From the NCBI GenBank assembly GCA_018648095.1, contig JABGRV010000006.1, positions 80,559-136,473 of the forward strand: 55,915 bases of DNA. The letters run 5' to 3'. Position numbers and translations under genes: made by a program. Shown piece by piece: positions 9,731 through 19,124 of the stretch. Each line of letters opens with the position of its first letter. Within the stretch, counting starts at the first letter, position 1. This DNA is from an archaeon (lineage in GTDB: Archaea; Nanobdellota; Nanobdellia; Pacearchaeales; GW2011-AR1). The notes below the pieces were generated by a model that was given only the letters and a program-made list of their open reading frames with translations, was not told where the DNA came from and made no database searches.

Positions 9731-9792
9731 TCTGATCAACATATATCCTAAACAACATAAGTACTTATAAACAATTTTGGCCCAACCCCTAT

Positions 9793-11544
9793 ATGAAAAG
9801 AGAGATGATGCAATTTATCTTGGATAATGAACTTTCCCCATTTAGCACTTCAAAATCCTACCTAAAACCCTCTAAAGATTCAATATTCAAAACACGTGAC
9901 GCGAAGGCAATCCATCAAAAAGTCCTCACAAAAATCTCATCTAACTTCAAATTCCCAGAAACCTCAAACATCTGGCACTACTTCCAATTTACAGATCAAA
10001 TACAAGAAATCCTTAGAAGACAATACTTTTTCAAACAACTAACTAAAGGAGACAACACCTTTCTAAGAAACCTCTCAAAACCAAGACAAACTTGGAGTCC
10101 AAAATACGAAATCATAATTGTTACAGAAGATGAATCAACATTTGTCCATCTAAAGAATCTAAGTTGCCCAGTTCAGCTCCTAGTTTCCGAAAGGGACGTT
10201 CAAGATCTAGAAAACTATGATATCGTTCAAGTAATCAACTGTGATGACTACAAACGGACCTTAGAGCAGCTCCCACAAACAGTTTTCATAGATTCTGTAG
10301 ATAATGTTTACCTTGAAAGATATCTCGAACTCTTGTCGGGATGGAAAGACAACTTCAACATAATAAAACAATCCAACCCCTCAGAAGAAGTCCAAACAAT
10401 TCTCAGAGAGCTAGAACCTCTATTCAATCTAATAGATAGCAAAATGGGAAAGATAATCTCAATAGAAGAAGTAGAGAAAGTCTTAGAAGATATAAATGAA
10501 AAAATATCAAACAAGGTAAAAGAACTAACAATCTCTGGAGATTCTCTTCTAAAAATGCTCAGCGAGGGTAAAATGCCTCCAACTTTCCAAAAAATAATCG
10601 AAGATTCAATAGAAGAGACCGGACTATCTCAACATATTTTCAATATAAAGATCCCTGTAGAAATAGATCAAAAGGAACTTGATGATCAAATAAAAAGACA
10701 GAGTGCAAACGAATTCACAAATCTCGCAGAAAACATAAAGCGACACGCAGAAAGCCTAAAGACAATTCCAATCAAGCTAAAAAAACTCTCCACACTTCTA
10801 CTAATCGAAGACTTCTGTCTTGGTGTAGCAAATTTCATCCAAGAAAACACAACCTTCCCAGCACATGCAGAACATCTCACATTCTCAAACGCATCAAACA
10901 TGTTTCTAGATAATGCTCAGCCAGTTAGCTTCAAACTCGACAATTTCCACAAGTGCTCAATACTTACAGGGGCTAATAGCGGTGGAAAGACAACTCTAAT
11001 CGAACATATTCTACAAAATATATCCCTATTCCAACTAGGACTTCCAATAAGGGGAGAAATCCAACTTCCAACCTTCTCAGAAGTATACTATTTCGCAAAG
11101 AACAAAGGCTCGGCAAGTAAGGGAGCATTTGAAACACTTCTAACCCAAATGTCAAAGATTCGCCCAGGAAATCAAACTCTAATCTTAGCCGACGAAATAG
11201 AATCCGTAACCGAACCGGGAGTAGCAGGTAAGATAATCGCTTCCACTGCAGAGTTCTTCATCAAGAAGAACTGTTTTATGGTCCTAGCAACCCATCTCGG
11301 CCATGAAATCAAGAAAACTCTTCCCAAGAACGCAAGAATCGATGGAATCGAAGCAAAAGGCCTCGACAGCAACTACAACCTAATCGTAGATCATAATCCC
11401 GTGTTAGGAAGGCTAGCTCATTCAACCCCCGAGTTAATCGTCGAAAGAATGGCCAACTCTAGTAGTGAAGAATACTTCAAACATTTACATGAGAATCTGA
11501 AGAAAAATGGGGACCAACCGCAGCAACCTCGGACTAATTATTAA
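9793..11544 (+). CDS. MutS2-like (MutS domain V) ABC ATPase protein
   Basis: C-terminal Walker A TGANSGGKTTLIEHI, followed by ILADEIESVTEPGVAGKIIASTAEFF (Walker B/D-loop typical of MutS domain V). The N-terminal ~380 aa could not be assigned. Confidence 0.6.
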   Translation: MKREMMQFILDNELSPFSTSKSYLKPSKDSIFKTRDAKAIHQKVLTKISSNFKFPETSNIWHYFQFTDQIQEILRRQYFFKQLTKGDNTFLRNLSKPRQTWSPKYEIIIVTEDESTFVHLKNLSCPVQLLVSERDVQDLENYDIVQVINCDDYKRTLEQLPQTVFIDSVDNVYLERYLELLSGWKDNFNIIKQSNPSEEVQTILRELEPLFNLIDSKMGKIISIEEVEKVLEDINEKISNKVKELTISGDSLLKMLSEGKMPPTFQKIIEDSIEETGLSQHIFNIKIPVEIDQKELDDQIKRQSANEFTNLAENIKRHAESLKTIPIKLKKLSTLLLIEDFCLGVANFIQENTTFPAHAEHLTFSNASNMFLDNAQPVSFKLDNFHKCSILTGANSGGKTTLIEHILQNISLFQLGLPIRGEIQLPTFSEVYYFAKNKGSASKGAFETLLTQMSKIRPGNQTLILADEIESVTEPGVAGKIIASTAEFFIKKNCFMVLATHLGHEIKKTLPKNARIDGIEAKGLDSNYNLIVDHNPVLGRLAHSTPELIVERMANSSSEEYFKHLHENLKKNGDQPQQPRTNY

Positions 11545-11554
11545 AACGCCTAAG

Positions 11555-12349
11555 TTATTGGTTCTCAGGTCTGACACCAAAAGATACGGGTGTTTTCAAG
11601 GGCTTACATTTTATTCTTGAATAAAAATCTCCATTGGGGTCCAATTCTGCCAAGTATACCTCTAACTGTTTAACATCATAAAGTTCCCCCTCATCATATA
11701 TTCCCCATCCTACATGGGTCTTTTCCCCCCTAATTACTCCAGTACCAACCTCTAGGAGAGGAATATAAATACTTCCGCTTTCTGTATAAAGATTGTTGAT
11801 TATTGCGCTATTAGCTAAAATGGATTTATAGTGGGTTTGCTTTTTAGCAAAATTTCTAATTTTCTCATGTGCTGTTTCCTCAAGTAGATCTTCCAAAAAG
11901 GCTTGCTCCTTATCCCACACATTATCGGTTATATAATGCTGTACGGGGTGTTTCCCCCACCTACCATATTTTAGTTCCCTTGCTTCCGGATTATATCTTA
12001 AAAAATTCCCTCTTTTGCAGTTTTTAGATCTTGGTGTTATATTTGAAGCATCATCCTGGATATATACAAATTCCCCATCCCCATGTTTTTTTCCGCCAGT
12101 AAAATATCTAAGTGCAGAATAACCAAAAATTCTAGAGCCATTTAATTCCTCAATTACTTCTGGAGCTGCAGACATAAGAGAAACAATTTCTTGAAGAGTG
12201 GGCACTCTTAACCAATCTCTTTCGATTTTCTCCTTTACCTCATAGAAATTACCTGTATAAGGTTTCAATGAAAAATCTATCTTTGATCCTTCATGTTCTA
12301 CCGTTACAAATTTTTTATTTTCATGCAGTTTTATTCTTTCCATTGCCAT
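11555..12349 (-). CDS. hypothetical protein (about 264 aa)
   Basis: The track ORF 11555..12487 overlaps the upstream gene by 137 nt. The internal start MAMERIKL at 12349 abuts the upstream stop at 12351, giving translational coupling. No motif was recognised. Confidence 0.45.
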   Translation of the reverse strand: MAMERIKLHENKKFVTVEHEGSKIDFSLKPYTGNFYEVKEKIERDWLRVPTLQEIVSLMSAAPEVIEELNGSRIFGYSALRYFTGGKKHGDGEFVYIQDDASNITPRSKNCKRGNFLRYNPEARELKYGRWGKHPVQHYITDNVWDKEQAFLEDLLEETAHEKIRNFAKKQTHYKSILANSAIINNLYTESGSIYIPLLEVGTGVIRGEKTHVGWGIYDEGELYDVKQLEVYLAELDPNGDFYSRIKCKPLKTPVSFGVRPENQ

Positions 12350-12350
12350 C

Positions 12351-13313
12351 TTATTCCTCCAATTTTCCAGGTTTAATTGTGGCGCTTTCCAAATAATTGC
12401 AAACAGTTTTTGCACACTGAATTCCTTCTCCAACTGATAAAGGTTCAAAACCCTTAGCAGGCATATCATTACAGTCCCCGCAGGCAAAAATTCCTTCCTG
12501 AGAAGTCATATACATTTTTCCTTTTTCCTTGGACAGACTTATTACCAATTCGTTTTGATTGTTTTTCTCAAATTTATTCAGAAAATTAGTCGCAGGACTA
12601 GTTCCTACTGCAACAAATATGCCGTCGATCCCCATTTCTTTTATCTCTCCGCCAACATTTAACCTCGCAAATTTCTGATCATTTATTTCATGAATCTTTT
12701 CCAAATTAGTATTCATAAGTATCTTAACATTCTTGCAATTCTTAATCTCCTCCTGCCGCCTACTGTTCCCACCAAGTTTATTTGTTCTTTCAATCATGAT
12801 TATTTCCTCACAAACATCTTTCAACTCCTCGGCAGTATCCAACCCACAATAACCGCCTCCAACAAGAAGAATCTTCTTTTTATCTTCGAACTTTCTAAAT
12901 GGAAAATCAGTAAAATAATTTACAGTTTTATCCTTAACAGATTCATCAAATGGAAGAGAAATTTTCTTAGGGCCTCTTCCAATTGCAAGAATTATCGTTT
13001 TTGAATAAAAAATTTGATCGTCGTCTGTTTTTATAACATAATACTCATTTTCTTTTGAAATATCAATTACTTTCTGAGAAACAATATTAACATTTTCTTT
13101 ATTTAATGAGTCTTCATATCTCTTTACTAAAACACTTGAGGAAATACCATGTCCTGCGGCAGTATTTGAAAAGATTTTCTTTGTAAAATTCACTTGCCCG
13201 CCAATATTTGGAGAAATCAAGAGAGTGTCTAACCCATATCTTTTTGCATAGCATGCAGCTGAAGTACCTGCAGGACCTGCGCCAATAACTATAGTGTCAT
13301 ATATTCTTTTCAT
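12351..13313 (-). CDS. FAD-dependent pyridine nucleotide-disulfide oxidoreductase (thioredoxin-reductase-like flavoprotein)
   Basis: N-terminal FAD-binding GxGxxG (IVIGAGPAGTSAA), a second dinucleotide site LLVGGGYCGLDTAEEL, and a C-terminal GIFACGDC motif. The canonical CxxC redox pair of TrxB is not obvious. Confidence 0.7.
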   Translation of the reverse strand: MKRIYDTIVIGAGPAGTSAACYAKRYGLDTLLISPNIGGQVNFTKKIFSNTAAGHGISSSVLVKRYEDSLNKENVNIVSQKVIDISKENEYYVIKTDDDQIFYSKTIILAIGRGPKKISLPFDESVKDKTVNYFTDFPFRKFEDKKKILLVGGGYCGLDTAEELKDVCEEIIMIERTNKLGGNSRRQEEIKNCKNVKILMNTNLEKIHEINDQKFARLNVGGEIKEMGIDGIFVAVGTSPATNFLNKFEKNNQNELVISLSKEKGKMYMTSQEGIFACGDCNDMPAKGFEPLSVGEGIQCAKTVCNYLESATIKPGKLEE

Positions 13314-14113
13314 CTTTTTACTCCTCCAGGAAAATTTATTTTACAATAATCTGGAAAAACATCATTTTTATGATCCGCAAACATCACTCGATTAATAATT
13401 TTTGAATAAACATCCTTCTTGATTCCAGATCCTCTAAGGCTCCCTGCTAGCTCATCACCCCTGGAGATTTCATATATCAATAAAATCTTGTCCAAAACTT
13501 CATAAGGAATACCCTTAAACTCGGGTAGTTCTCCACAGCCGGAACAAACTTTCGCAGCATCAGAAGAAATTGTTTCATTCAAATATCCTAGCCCCATATG
13601 ATTCGCCAATTCCCTCTCTTGTTCTTTCAACAATCCCCCGATAGGACAAAAATCTCCAACCAAATCTCCCTTAGGATACCATCCAGTTAACCTTTCAGTC
13701 CCATTAATCGTTCCAAGATATATCCGATTTTCTTTGCTTGCCACGGTCTTGATCATAATATCACAAATCCTTGCATCCAGGGTGGATGATTCAAGAACAT
13801 TCTCTGGATCTATGCCTAAGGCCCCAATAGCCTGTTTAGAAAGAATTTCCGAATTTACTTCATGAATTTCAAGCCCATAACCCTTAGCAAGCTCACGCGC
13901 CATAGCCAATCCTTCAGCAGAATATCGCGAATTTTTCACAGTTAGCACTTTAACTCTTTCTTTCCCAAGAGCCTTAACTGCCAAAGCGCAAACAATGGAA
14001 GAATCAATTCCCCCACTTAATCCAATAATTACGGATTTGTCTTTTGCTACTTTTTTTATCGAATCCAATATTTTGTTTTCAATGTCTTGTATTTGTGTGT
14101 CTTTCATTACCAT
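13310..14113 (-). CDS. nadE: NH3-dependent NAD+ synthetase (PP-loop ATPase)
   Basis: PP-loop SGGIDSS in IIGLSGGIDSSIVCALA. The 267-aa length is typical for NadE. Its stop overlaps the start of the oxidoreductase gene. Confidence 0.75.
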   Translation of the reverse strand: MVMKDTQIQDIENKILDSIKKVAKDKSVIIGLSGGIDSSIVCALAVKALGKERVKVLTVKNSRYSAEGLAMARELAKGYGLEIHEVNSEILSKQAIGALGIDPENVLESSTLDARICDIMIKTVASKENRIYLGTINGTERLTGWYPKGDLVGDFCPIGGLLKEQERELANHMGLGYLNETISSDAAKVCSGCGELPEFKGIPYEVLDKILLIYEISRGDELAGSLRGSGIKKDVYSKIINRVMFADHKNDVFPDYCKINFPGGVKR

Positions 14114-14205
14114 ATAATAGTAACATTACTTTCATATATAAACATTCTCCCCTCCCGGGTGGGGCGAAACAATAAACTTTAAATAACATCAAAACATCTA
14201 ATATC

Positions 14206-14955
14206 ATGGATGCAAAAACACTTGAAAAATTTGGATTAACCGAAGGAGAATCAAGAGTATACCTAACACTACTTAGAATTGGGAAATCTACAATTGGGGA
14301 TATCATCAAGGAAGCACATGTCTCCAATTCTAAAGTTTACAATATCCTAGATAGATTAAACAAAAAAGGCCTTATTGGAGTAGTAATTGAGAATAATCGA
14401 AGAAGCTTTGAGGCAAAATCCCCCGAAATGCTTAAACATAACATCCAAGAGCAAGAAAAAGAGCTTGAAAGCAAAAAGAAAGAGCTCAACAATCTTCTTC
14501 CTTCACTACAGAATATCTTTGAATCTCATGAAGTAAAGCAACAAGCAGAAATCTTACAAGGAATTAAGGGAATCAAGACCTTTACTGAAAGATTATTAAA
14601 AAATTCTAAGAAGGGCCAAACAATCTACACGATGGGTGCCCCCATACAAGGTAACGAAGCTCTAAACCCCTATTACATTGAATGGCATAAAAGAAGAATT
14701 AAAAGAGGAATAAAATACAAAATTCTCTATAATAATGATGCAAGAATGTATGCTCAAGAAAGAACAAAATCCAAGATTACTCAGGTTAAAGTTCTCCCAA
14801 AAGAATTAACAACTCCAGTGGCAATCGATTTCAATGATGAAGAAGTCGGCATATTAGTTTTTGGAAAGAATCCCCTTTGCTTCGCAATAAGAAATGTTGA
14901 TATCGTTAACAATTACAAGAAACACTTTGAACTTCTATGGAAACAAGCTAAGTGA
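14206..14955 (+). CDS. TrmB-family transcriptional regulator
   Basis: N-terminal HTH LEKFGLTEGESRVYLTLLRIGKSTIGDIIKEAHVSNSKVYNILDRLNKKGLI is characteristic of archaeal TrmB. It is divergent from nadE, with a GC-rich imperfect palindrome in the intergenic region. Confidence 0.75.
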   Translation: MDAKTLEKFGLTEGESRVYLTLLRIGKSTIGDIIKEAHVSNSKVYNILDRLNKKGLIGVVIENNRRSFEAKSPEMLKHNIQEQEKELESKKKELNNLLPSLQNIFESHEVKQQAEILQGIKGIKTFTERLLKNSKKGQTIYTMGAPIQGNEALNPYYIEWHKRRIKRGIKYKILYNNDARMYAQERTKSKITQVKVLPKELTTPVAIDFNDEEVGILVFGKNPLCFAIRNVDIVNNYKKHFELLWKQAK

Positions 14956-14988
14956 TCTTCAACCGCAGCAACCTGGGCCTAGTTATCT

Positions 14989-15363
14989 CTAAGCAACACA
15001 CATCATTCTAGAATTTGGAAGGGGTTGCTCAATTTTTTGAACCAAAATCGGACTTTTTTCAACAATTCTATTACGAATAACTAGATTGAAAGATAGTTTA
15101 ACTTGTAAAACGCCATCAATAAGTGAGGCTTCAAAATTCCATTCATTAACTTGTCTTAGGGCTATTTTGGGGATATTAAAGTACCTTGAAGCATCAAATA
15201 TCTGTAAGCCTACTACAAATCCTTCAGTGTCTAAATCAATAACATATCCTAGTAATTCCACAGAATGAGAATACTCTCTCCCATCTACCTTAAAAAAGAG
15301 AATATCATTTACCTGATCATAGTCTATTTTCCCGGATCCCTTTAATTTTCTAATTCCTTTCAT
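14989..15363 (-). CDS. DUF2283-like small protein (putative antitoxin-like partner)
   Basis: 124 aa. It overlaps the upstream ORF by 4 nt. The pairing and size match the DUF4258/DUF2283 two-gene module. Confidence 0.4.
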   Translation of the reverse strand: MKGIRKLKGSGKIDYDQVNDILFFKVDGREYSHSVELLGYVIDLDTEGFVVGLQIFDASRYFNIPKIALRQVNEWNFEASLIDGVLQVKLSFNLVIRNRIVEKSPILVQKIEQPLPNSRMMCVA

Positions 15364-15698
15364 TTTCCAACCTTCTCCTCCTGTTCCCTATTTAATATAT
15401 AGAAAGTAACTATATAAATCTTATTAGAAGATATTCTTATTAGGATCTTTATTTTTCTATTATTCTCAAAAAAATAAATAATTGCCAAATTATCATTCAT
15501 TTGCTTACATATTTCTATAGGCTCTTTCTCTATAATCATCTTCTTCAAAATATCCCCAGAGTATACCTTTCTTTGTTTTTCATTTAACCTAAATAATGCA
15601 TGGTCCGTTACCTCAATATCTTCAATATCAAATTTAGAAATCATAGAAGAGAATTTTTTCTTGCTTATCTTCTCATCTACGGAATGTTCGAAGACCAT
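15360..15698 (-). CDS. DUF4258-like small protein (putative toxin-like partner)
   Basis: 112 aa. GGAGG sits 4 nt before its ATG. Its start is embedded in the palindrome CCTCCAAGGTTGGAGG. Confidence 0.4.
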   Translation of the reverse strand: MVFEHSVDEKISKKKFSSMISKFDIEDIEVTDHALFRLNEKQRKVYSGDILKKMIIEKEPIEICKQMNDNLAIIYFFENNRKIKILIRISSNKIYIVTFYILNREQEEKVGK

Positions 15699-15878
15699 AA
15701 TTCCTCCAAGGTTGGAGGATTTAAGTAGTTTATTAAGAGTTAAGAACCTATCATGGGGTTAGTTTCCTATCCCCACGGACTTAATTAATCTTTTTAGTAA
15801 GTTAATCCTTTTAAATCTTCGTATATATGCCAAGTGATCTTCAATAATTATTTAAACTACTTCCAACATACCTTAAAT

Positions 15879-16427
15879 ATGAAAAAGATTGTGATAATCA
15901 GAGGTAAGAGCGGTGCTGGGAAAACTACCATTTCTTTTGAACTAGCAAAAGTCCTTCCAAACTTTGCCTTCGTAGACATCTGGAAAATAAAAGAGATGTT
16001 TGAACCATTAAATCTTAAAGATCGTCGGCACAACAAGGTAGCAAAATCTGCAACATACCATATTATGCGAGAAGCAATAAAGAAAATTGGTGCAATAAAT
16101 TTCGTATTGCAAGAATCCAAACAATCCACAGTCAAGAAATATCTAAAAGATTATCTAAAGAAACATAATTACAAGATTTACTCTTTCTTCTTAGACGTTA
16201 ATCTAGAAAATGCACTAAAGAGGAATAAAGCAAGAAAAAAAGATACAATGCCAAAGAAACATTTTATTGATCAATCAAAAGAAGGATTAAAAAATCTAGA
16301 TAAAGAAGATATCTTAATTGATACCAGCGACAAATCCCTCAAACAAGTAATCAATGCGATACTAAAAGAAATCAAAGAGAAAAGACAAAAACATTCTGGA
16401 GCTAAAAAAATAAGAAGTTGCGTATGA
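15879..16427 (+). CDS. P-loop kinase/NTPase (AAA_33 / zeta-toxin-like fold)
   Basis: Walker A directly after the start: MKKIVIIRGKSGAGKTTISFELAK. The start is moved to the internal Met of the track ORF 15834..16427. Confidence 0.55.
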   Translation: MKKIVIIRGKSGAGKTTISFELAKVLPNFAFVDIWKIKEMFEPLNLKDRRHNKVAKSATYHIMREAIKKIGAINFVLQESKQSTVKKYLKDYLKKHNYKIYSFFLDVNLENALKRNKARKKDTMPKKHFIDQSKEGLKNLDKEDILIDTSDKSLKQVINAILKEIKEKRQKHSGAKKIRSCV

Positions 16428-16453
16428 AGAAAGATGTCTCGCAACAGCAATTC

Positions 16454-16485
16454 AGGTGACCACAATAACTAAGCAGTGGTCACCT
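16454..16485. repeat. inverted-repeat hairpin AGGTGACCAC-N12-GTGGTCACC (copy 1, downstream of Fic)
   Basis: A perfect 9-10-bp GC-rich inverted repeat. A near-identical copy is at 17426..17458. Confidence 0.7.
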
Positions 16486-17416
16486 ATTTCTTAGAAAGCT
16501 TTTTGATCCTCTTGTATTCTTTTATGATTAAATCTATTGATGGCCTTAAATTATTTTTATTCTCATATTCCTGGAGCGTTTCGTAGTATTCAAATCTATT
16601 TTTCAAACTAATATCTACCGGAGGCAACTTATTTTTTATTAAAATATTATTGAGGAGTAATCTCCCAACCCTTCCATTGCCATCTGCAAATGGGTGAATG
16701 TTTTCAAATTGATTATGAACGACAGTTGCTAAAATAAGTGCAGGATATTTTTTCTTATTTTTGGCATACCATTGAATTAATTTCCTCAAAAGATAAGAAA
16801 CCCTTTCCGGAGGTGCCCCATGATGAACAATCCTCCGATTTCCATCCATTATGACTACATCTTCACCTTCTTTTCTAAAATTACCCGCAAAGCTTTTTGA
16901 TTTCTTAAAAACAATTTTATGTAATTCTTTTATTAAGTCAATTGATAGATGATCTTTAGTTGATCTAATAAATTCTATTGCCTCGTTCACCCCATAAGTT
17001 TCCTCGACATCTTCTTTTGTGGCATCTTTTGGGGCAACATTATCTTCCAATATATTTTCAACTTCTCTTTCTGTTAATTGACTCCCTTCGATCGCATTGG
17101 TATTATAGGTAAATAATTCTGAGAACCTTTCCCATTGTGCCTTGGATAAGTGAACAACTTTTAGATTTTCTTTCTCTTGAAGATTTTTTATAAATTCAAT
17201 TTCTTCCTTACTCAGTTCAACTTTTAGTGGATCCTCTATGATCTTGTATAAATTAATCTCTTCTAAAATTAATCTCTTGGCAATCTCTTCTCTTTTATTA
17301 AGCTCTTTTTTAGAAAGGTTTTTTCCTAAAAATTTTCTAACTTTATTGACTTTGTTTCCTTCTCTAAAAGAATGAACAAGATATTGTTTCCCATCTTTTC
17401 TTTTTTCAATAAACAT
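16484..17416 (-). CDS. Fic/Doc family protein (AMPylase-type)
   Basis: Canonical Fic motif HPFADGNGRVGR (HPFx[DE]GNGR) in a 310-aa protein. Confidence 0.85.
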   Translation of the reverse strand: MFIEKRKDGKQYLVHSFREGNKVNKVRKFLGKNLSKKELNKREEIAKRLILEEINLYKIIEDPLKVELSKEEIEFIKNLQEKENLKVVHLSKAQWERFSELFTYNTNAIEGSQLTEREVENILEDNVAPKDATKEDVEETYGVNEAIEFIRSTKDHLSIDLIKELHKIVFKKSKSFAGNFRKEGEDVVIMDGNRRIVHHGAPPERVSYLLRKLIQWYAKNKKKYPALILATVVHNQFENIHPFADGNGRVGRLLLNNILIKNKLPPVDISLKNRFEYYETLQEYENKNNLRPSIDLIIKEYKRIKKLSKK

Positions 17417-17425
17417 AATATATTT

Positions 17426-17458
17426 AGGTGACCACGCTTTATATTACTTGTGGTCACC
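17426..17458. repeat. inverted-repeat hairpin AGGTGACCAC-N14-GTGGTCACC (copy 2, upstream of Fic / at the GTPase 5' end)
   Basis: Same arms as the copy at 16454..16485. The spacer differs. Confidence 0.7.
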
Positions 17459-17529
17459 CCCAATTTCCCATATTTAAATGTGACCTCCGACTAATACAAG
17501 TTTTTAAACTCCCTTCCCCTCAATACATT

Positions 17530-18549
17530 ATGGTAAGAGTAAGATATTCATTCGGATCCAGGCATACTGGTCGAATTGCCAAAATTAAGAAACAGCGGAG
17601 CAAATATCCCGATGTTATGAAAGACGTAGTTAGAATCTCAGATATAATCCTAGAAGTCCTAGACGCAAGATACATCGAAGAGACCAGAAACATAACTGTA
17701 GAGGAAGATGTCCTAAGGAAGAAAAAACTTCTAATCTATGTCTTTAACAAAGTAGATCTAGTAGATAAAAAAGAGCTAGAAAAACAAATCCCACAGTGGA
17801 TGAAACCCTATGTCTTTACCTCTACAACCAAGGGAACAGGACTTAGAGATATCAAAAGCCGAATAAAGATGGAAGCTAAGAGAATCCTCGCAACAAGAAA
17901 GGATACCAAAGCCCCAAAAGAAGAAAAGAAGGGTAAATTTAGTGTCATTGAAGATAAAAAAGCCCGAGATAGAAAGGCCAAAAGAACAAAAGGTGAAATA
18001 GTCAAAGACCTCGGAGGCAAAAGGCGTATCCATGTTGGAGTAATTGGCTATCCCAATGCAGGTAAGAGCTCCGTAATCAATTTCATCACAAGAAGGGGTG
18101 CTGCCAAGACCGCAAAACAAGCAGGCTTCACCAAAGGTATGCAAAAGATCCGCCTATCAGAGGATATTCTTATTCTAGACACTCCCGGAGTAATCCCTGC
18201 AGATAAATACTCAACAGAAACAAAAAGCTTCGCAGCTGATGTCAAAGTAGGTGGCAGAACATACTCCGACGTAAAAGATCCCGAAGATGTAATTTATTAT
18301 CTAATGAACGCCCCAGCACCTAAAGATCCTAAGAAAATCACAGATAAAGAACAAGCCGTAATCGACGAAGCCGAAAAGAACTCCAAGATTATTGAAGGCT
18401 TCTATGGTATCGACGCTGAGGGAGACCCAGAGGTTTTAATCGAAGAACTCGGCAAAAAGAAAGGGTTCTTAGGTAAGGGCGGAAAGGTTGACATTGATCG
18501 GACTTCTAGGTTAGTGCTTAGGGATTGGCAAGAGGGTCGGATAAGATAA
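17530..18549 (+). CDS. circularly permuted GTPase (YlqF/RbgA/Nug1 family), ribosome-biogenesis type
   Basis: G-motif order G4-G1-G3: NKVDL ... GYPNAGKSSVIN ... DTPG. The start is moved to MVRVRYSF. The track ORF 17428..18549 begins inside the hairpin. Confidence 0.75.
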   Translation: MVRVRYSFGSRHTGRIAKIKKQRSKYPDVMKDVVRISDIILEVLDARYIEETRNITVEEDVLRKKKLLIYVFNKVDLVDKKELEKQIPQWMKPYVFTSTTKGTGLRDIKSRIKMEAKRILATRKDTKAPKEEKKGKFSVIEDKKARDRKAKRTKGEIVKDLGGKRRIHVGVIGYPNAGKSSVINFITRRGAAKTAKQAGFTKGMQKIRLSEDILILDTPGVIPADKYSTETKSFAADVKVGGRTYSDVKDPEDVIYYLMNAPAPKDPKKITDKEQAVIDEAEKNSKIIEGFYGIDAEGDPEVLIEELGKKKGFLGKGGKVDIDRTSRLVLRDWQEGRIR

Positions 18550-18550
18550 G
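18523..18550. repeat. 28-bp direct repeat, copy 1 (3' end of the GTPase gene, encodes ...DWQEGRIR*)
   Basis: GATTGGCAAGAGGGTCGGATAAGATAAG. It matches 19745..19772 at 26 of 28 positions. Confidence 0.75.
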
Positions 18551-18597
18551 AAATAGAGTATAATAATATTTATATATAATGGAATTTCATTAGGTTT

Positions 18598-19059
18598 ATG
18601 GATAAGGACTGGAACGCTGGTGATTCTGCAGAGAGGTTACTTAAAACTCTTGCTAGAGGTTGTGAGAAAAATCCGGTGTTTACAAGTGATAAGATGGAGG
18701 ATATTGCTCGTAGTTCTGGCGCAGGGCATTCTCTTTTGGCCCAGTATTTGTCGCCTAATGAAGAAAATCCTATTCCTTATTTGGGTTTGGGAATTCCAGA
18801 TAGTATTAACCGTGTTGATCCGTATGGTTTTAAATTGGTTGGTGATAGAAAGGTTTTTGATTTTTCACATTGTTCTGAATTAGAGTTAGTTCGGTTGGTT
18901 ACTCCTAATCATGCAATTTTTGAAGGATATCTTGAGAGAGTTAGAATATGGAATGCGTTGGATAAATCTGTCGAGTTTCATCCGGATGAAGTAGAAGCGA
19001 GAGAATATTTGATGGGGCGTTTTGGTGTGCCTAGGAACGATGTTAGGATGATAAGATAA
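18598..19059 (+). CDS. hypothetical protein (153 aa), visibly GC-richer than its surroundings
   Basis: ORF track. It lies within the segment bracketed by the 28-bp direct repeats. Confidence 0.4.
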   Translation: MDKDWNAGDSAERLLKTLARGCEKNPVFTSDKMEDIARSSGAGHSLLAQYLSPNEENPIPYLGLGIPDSINRVDPYGFKLVGDRKVFDFSHCSELELVRLVTPNHAIFEGYLERVRIWNALDKSVEFHPDEVEAREYLMGRFGVPRNDVRMIR

Positions 19060-19124
19060 TAGATATTACGGGTCCCCAGATTAGTGACAGAAAACACTAA
19101 AAACTCTACAACTCTAATAACGTA

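Noticed and set aside
9429-9770. 113-aa acidic ORF on the plus strand in an alternate frame
   Set aside because: It lies entirely inside the DEAD-box helicase's GGRS/RRSS low-complexity tail. Repetitive GC-rich codons keep alternate frames open. The helicase frame carries the real motifs.
14949-15842. 13-15-bp exact matches (AAGTGATCTTCAA at 14949 and 15830; CAACCGCAGCAACCT at 11507 and 14962; TAAGGTAAGACTTT at 20552 and 23722) that would neatly bracket the DUF4258/DUF2283 pair, the nadE-trmB block and the protease block
   Set aside because: In a 56-kb sequence of this AT bias, several chance 13-15-mer matches are expected. I estimate on the order of ten 15-mer coincidences. Without longer or multiple-mismatch-tolerant alignment they cannot be told apart from noise. 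Only the repeats of 26 bp or longer are reported as real.
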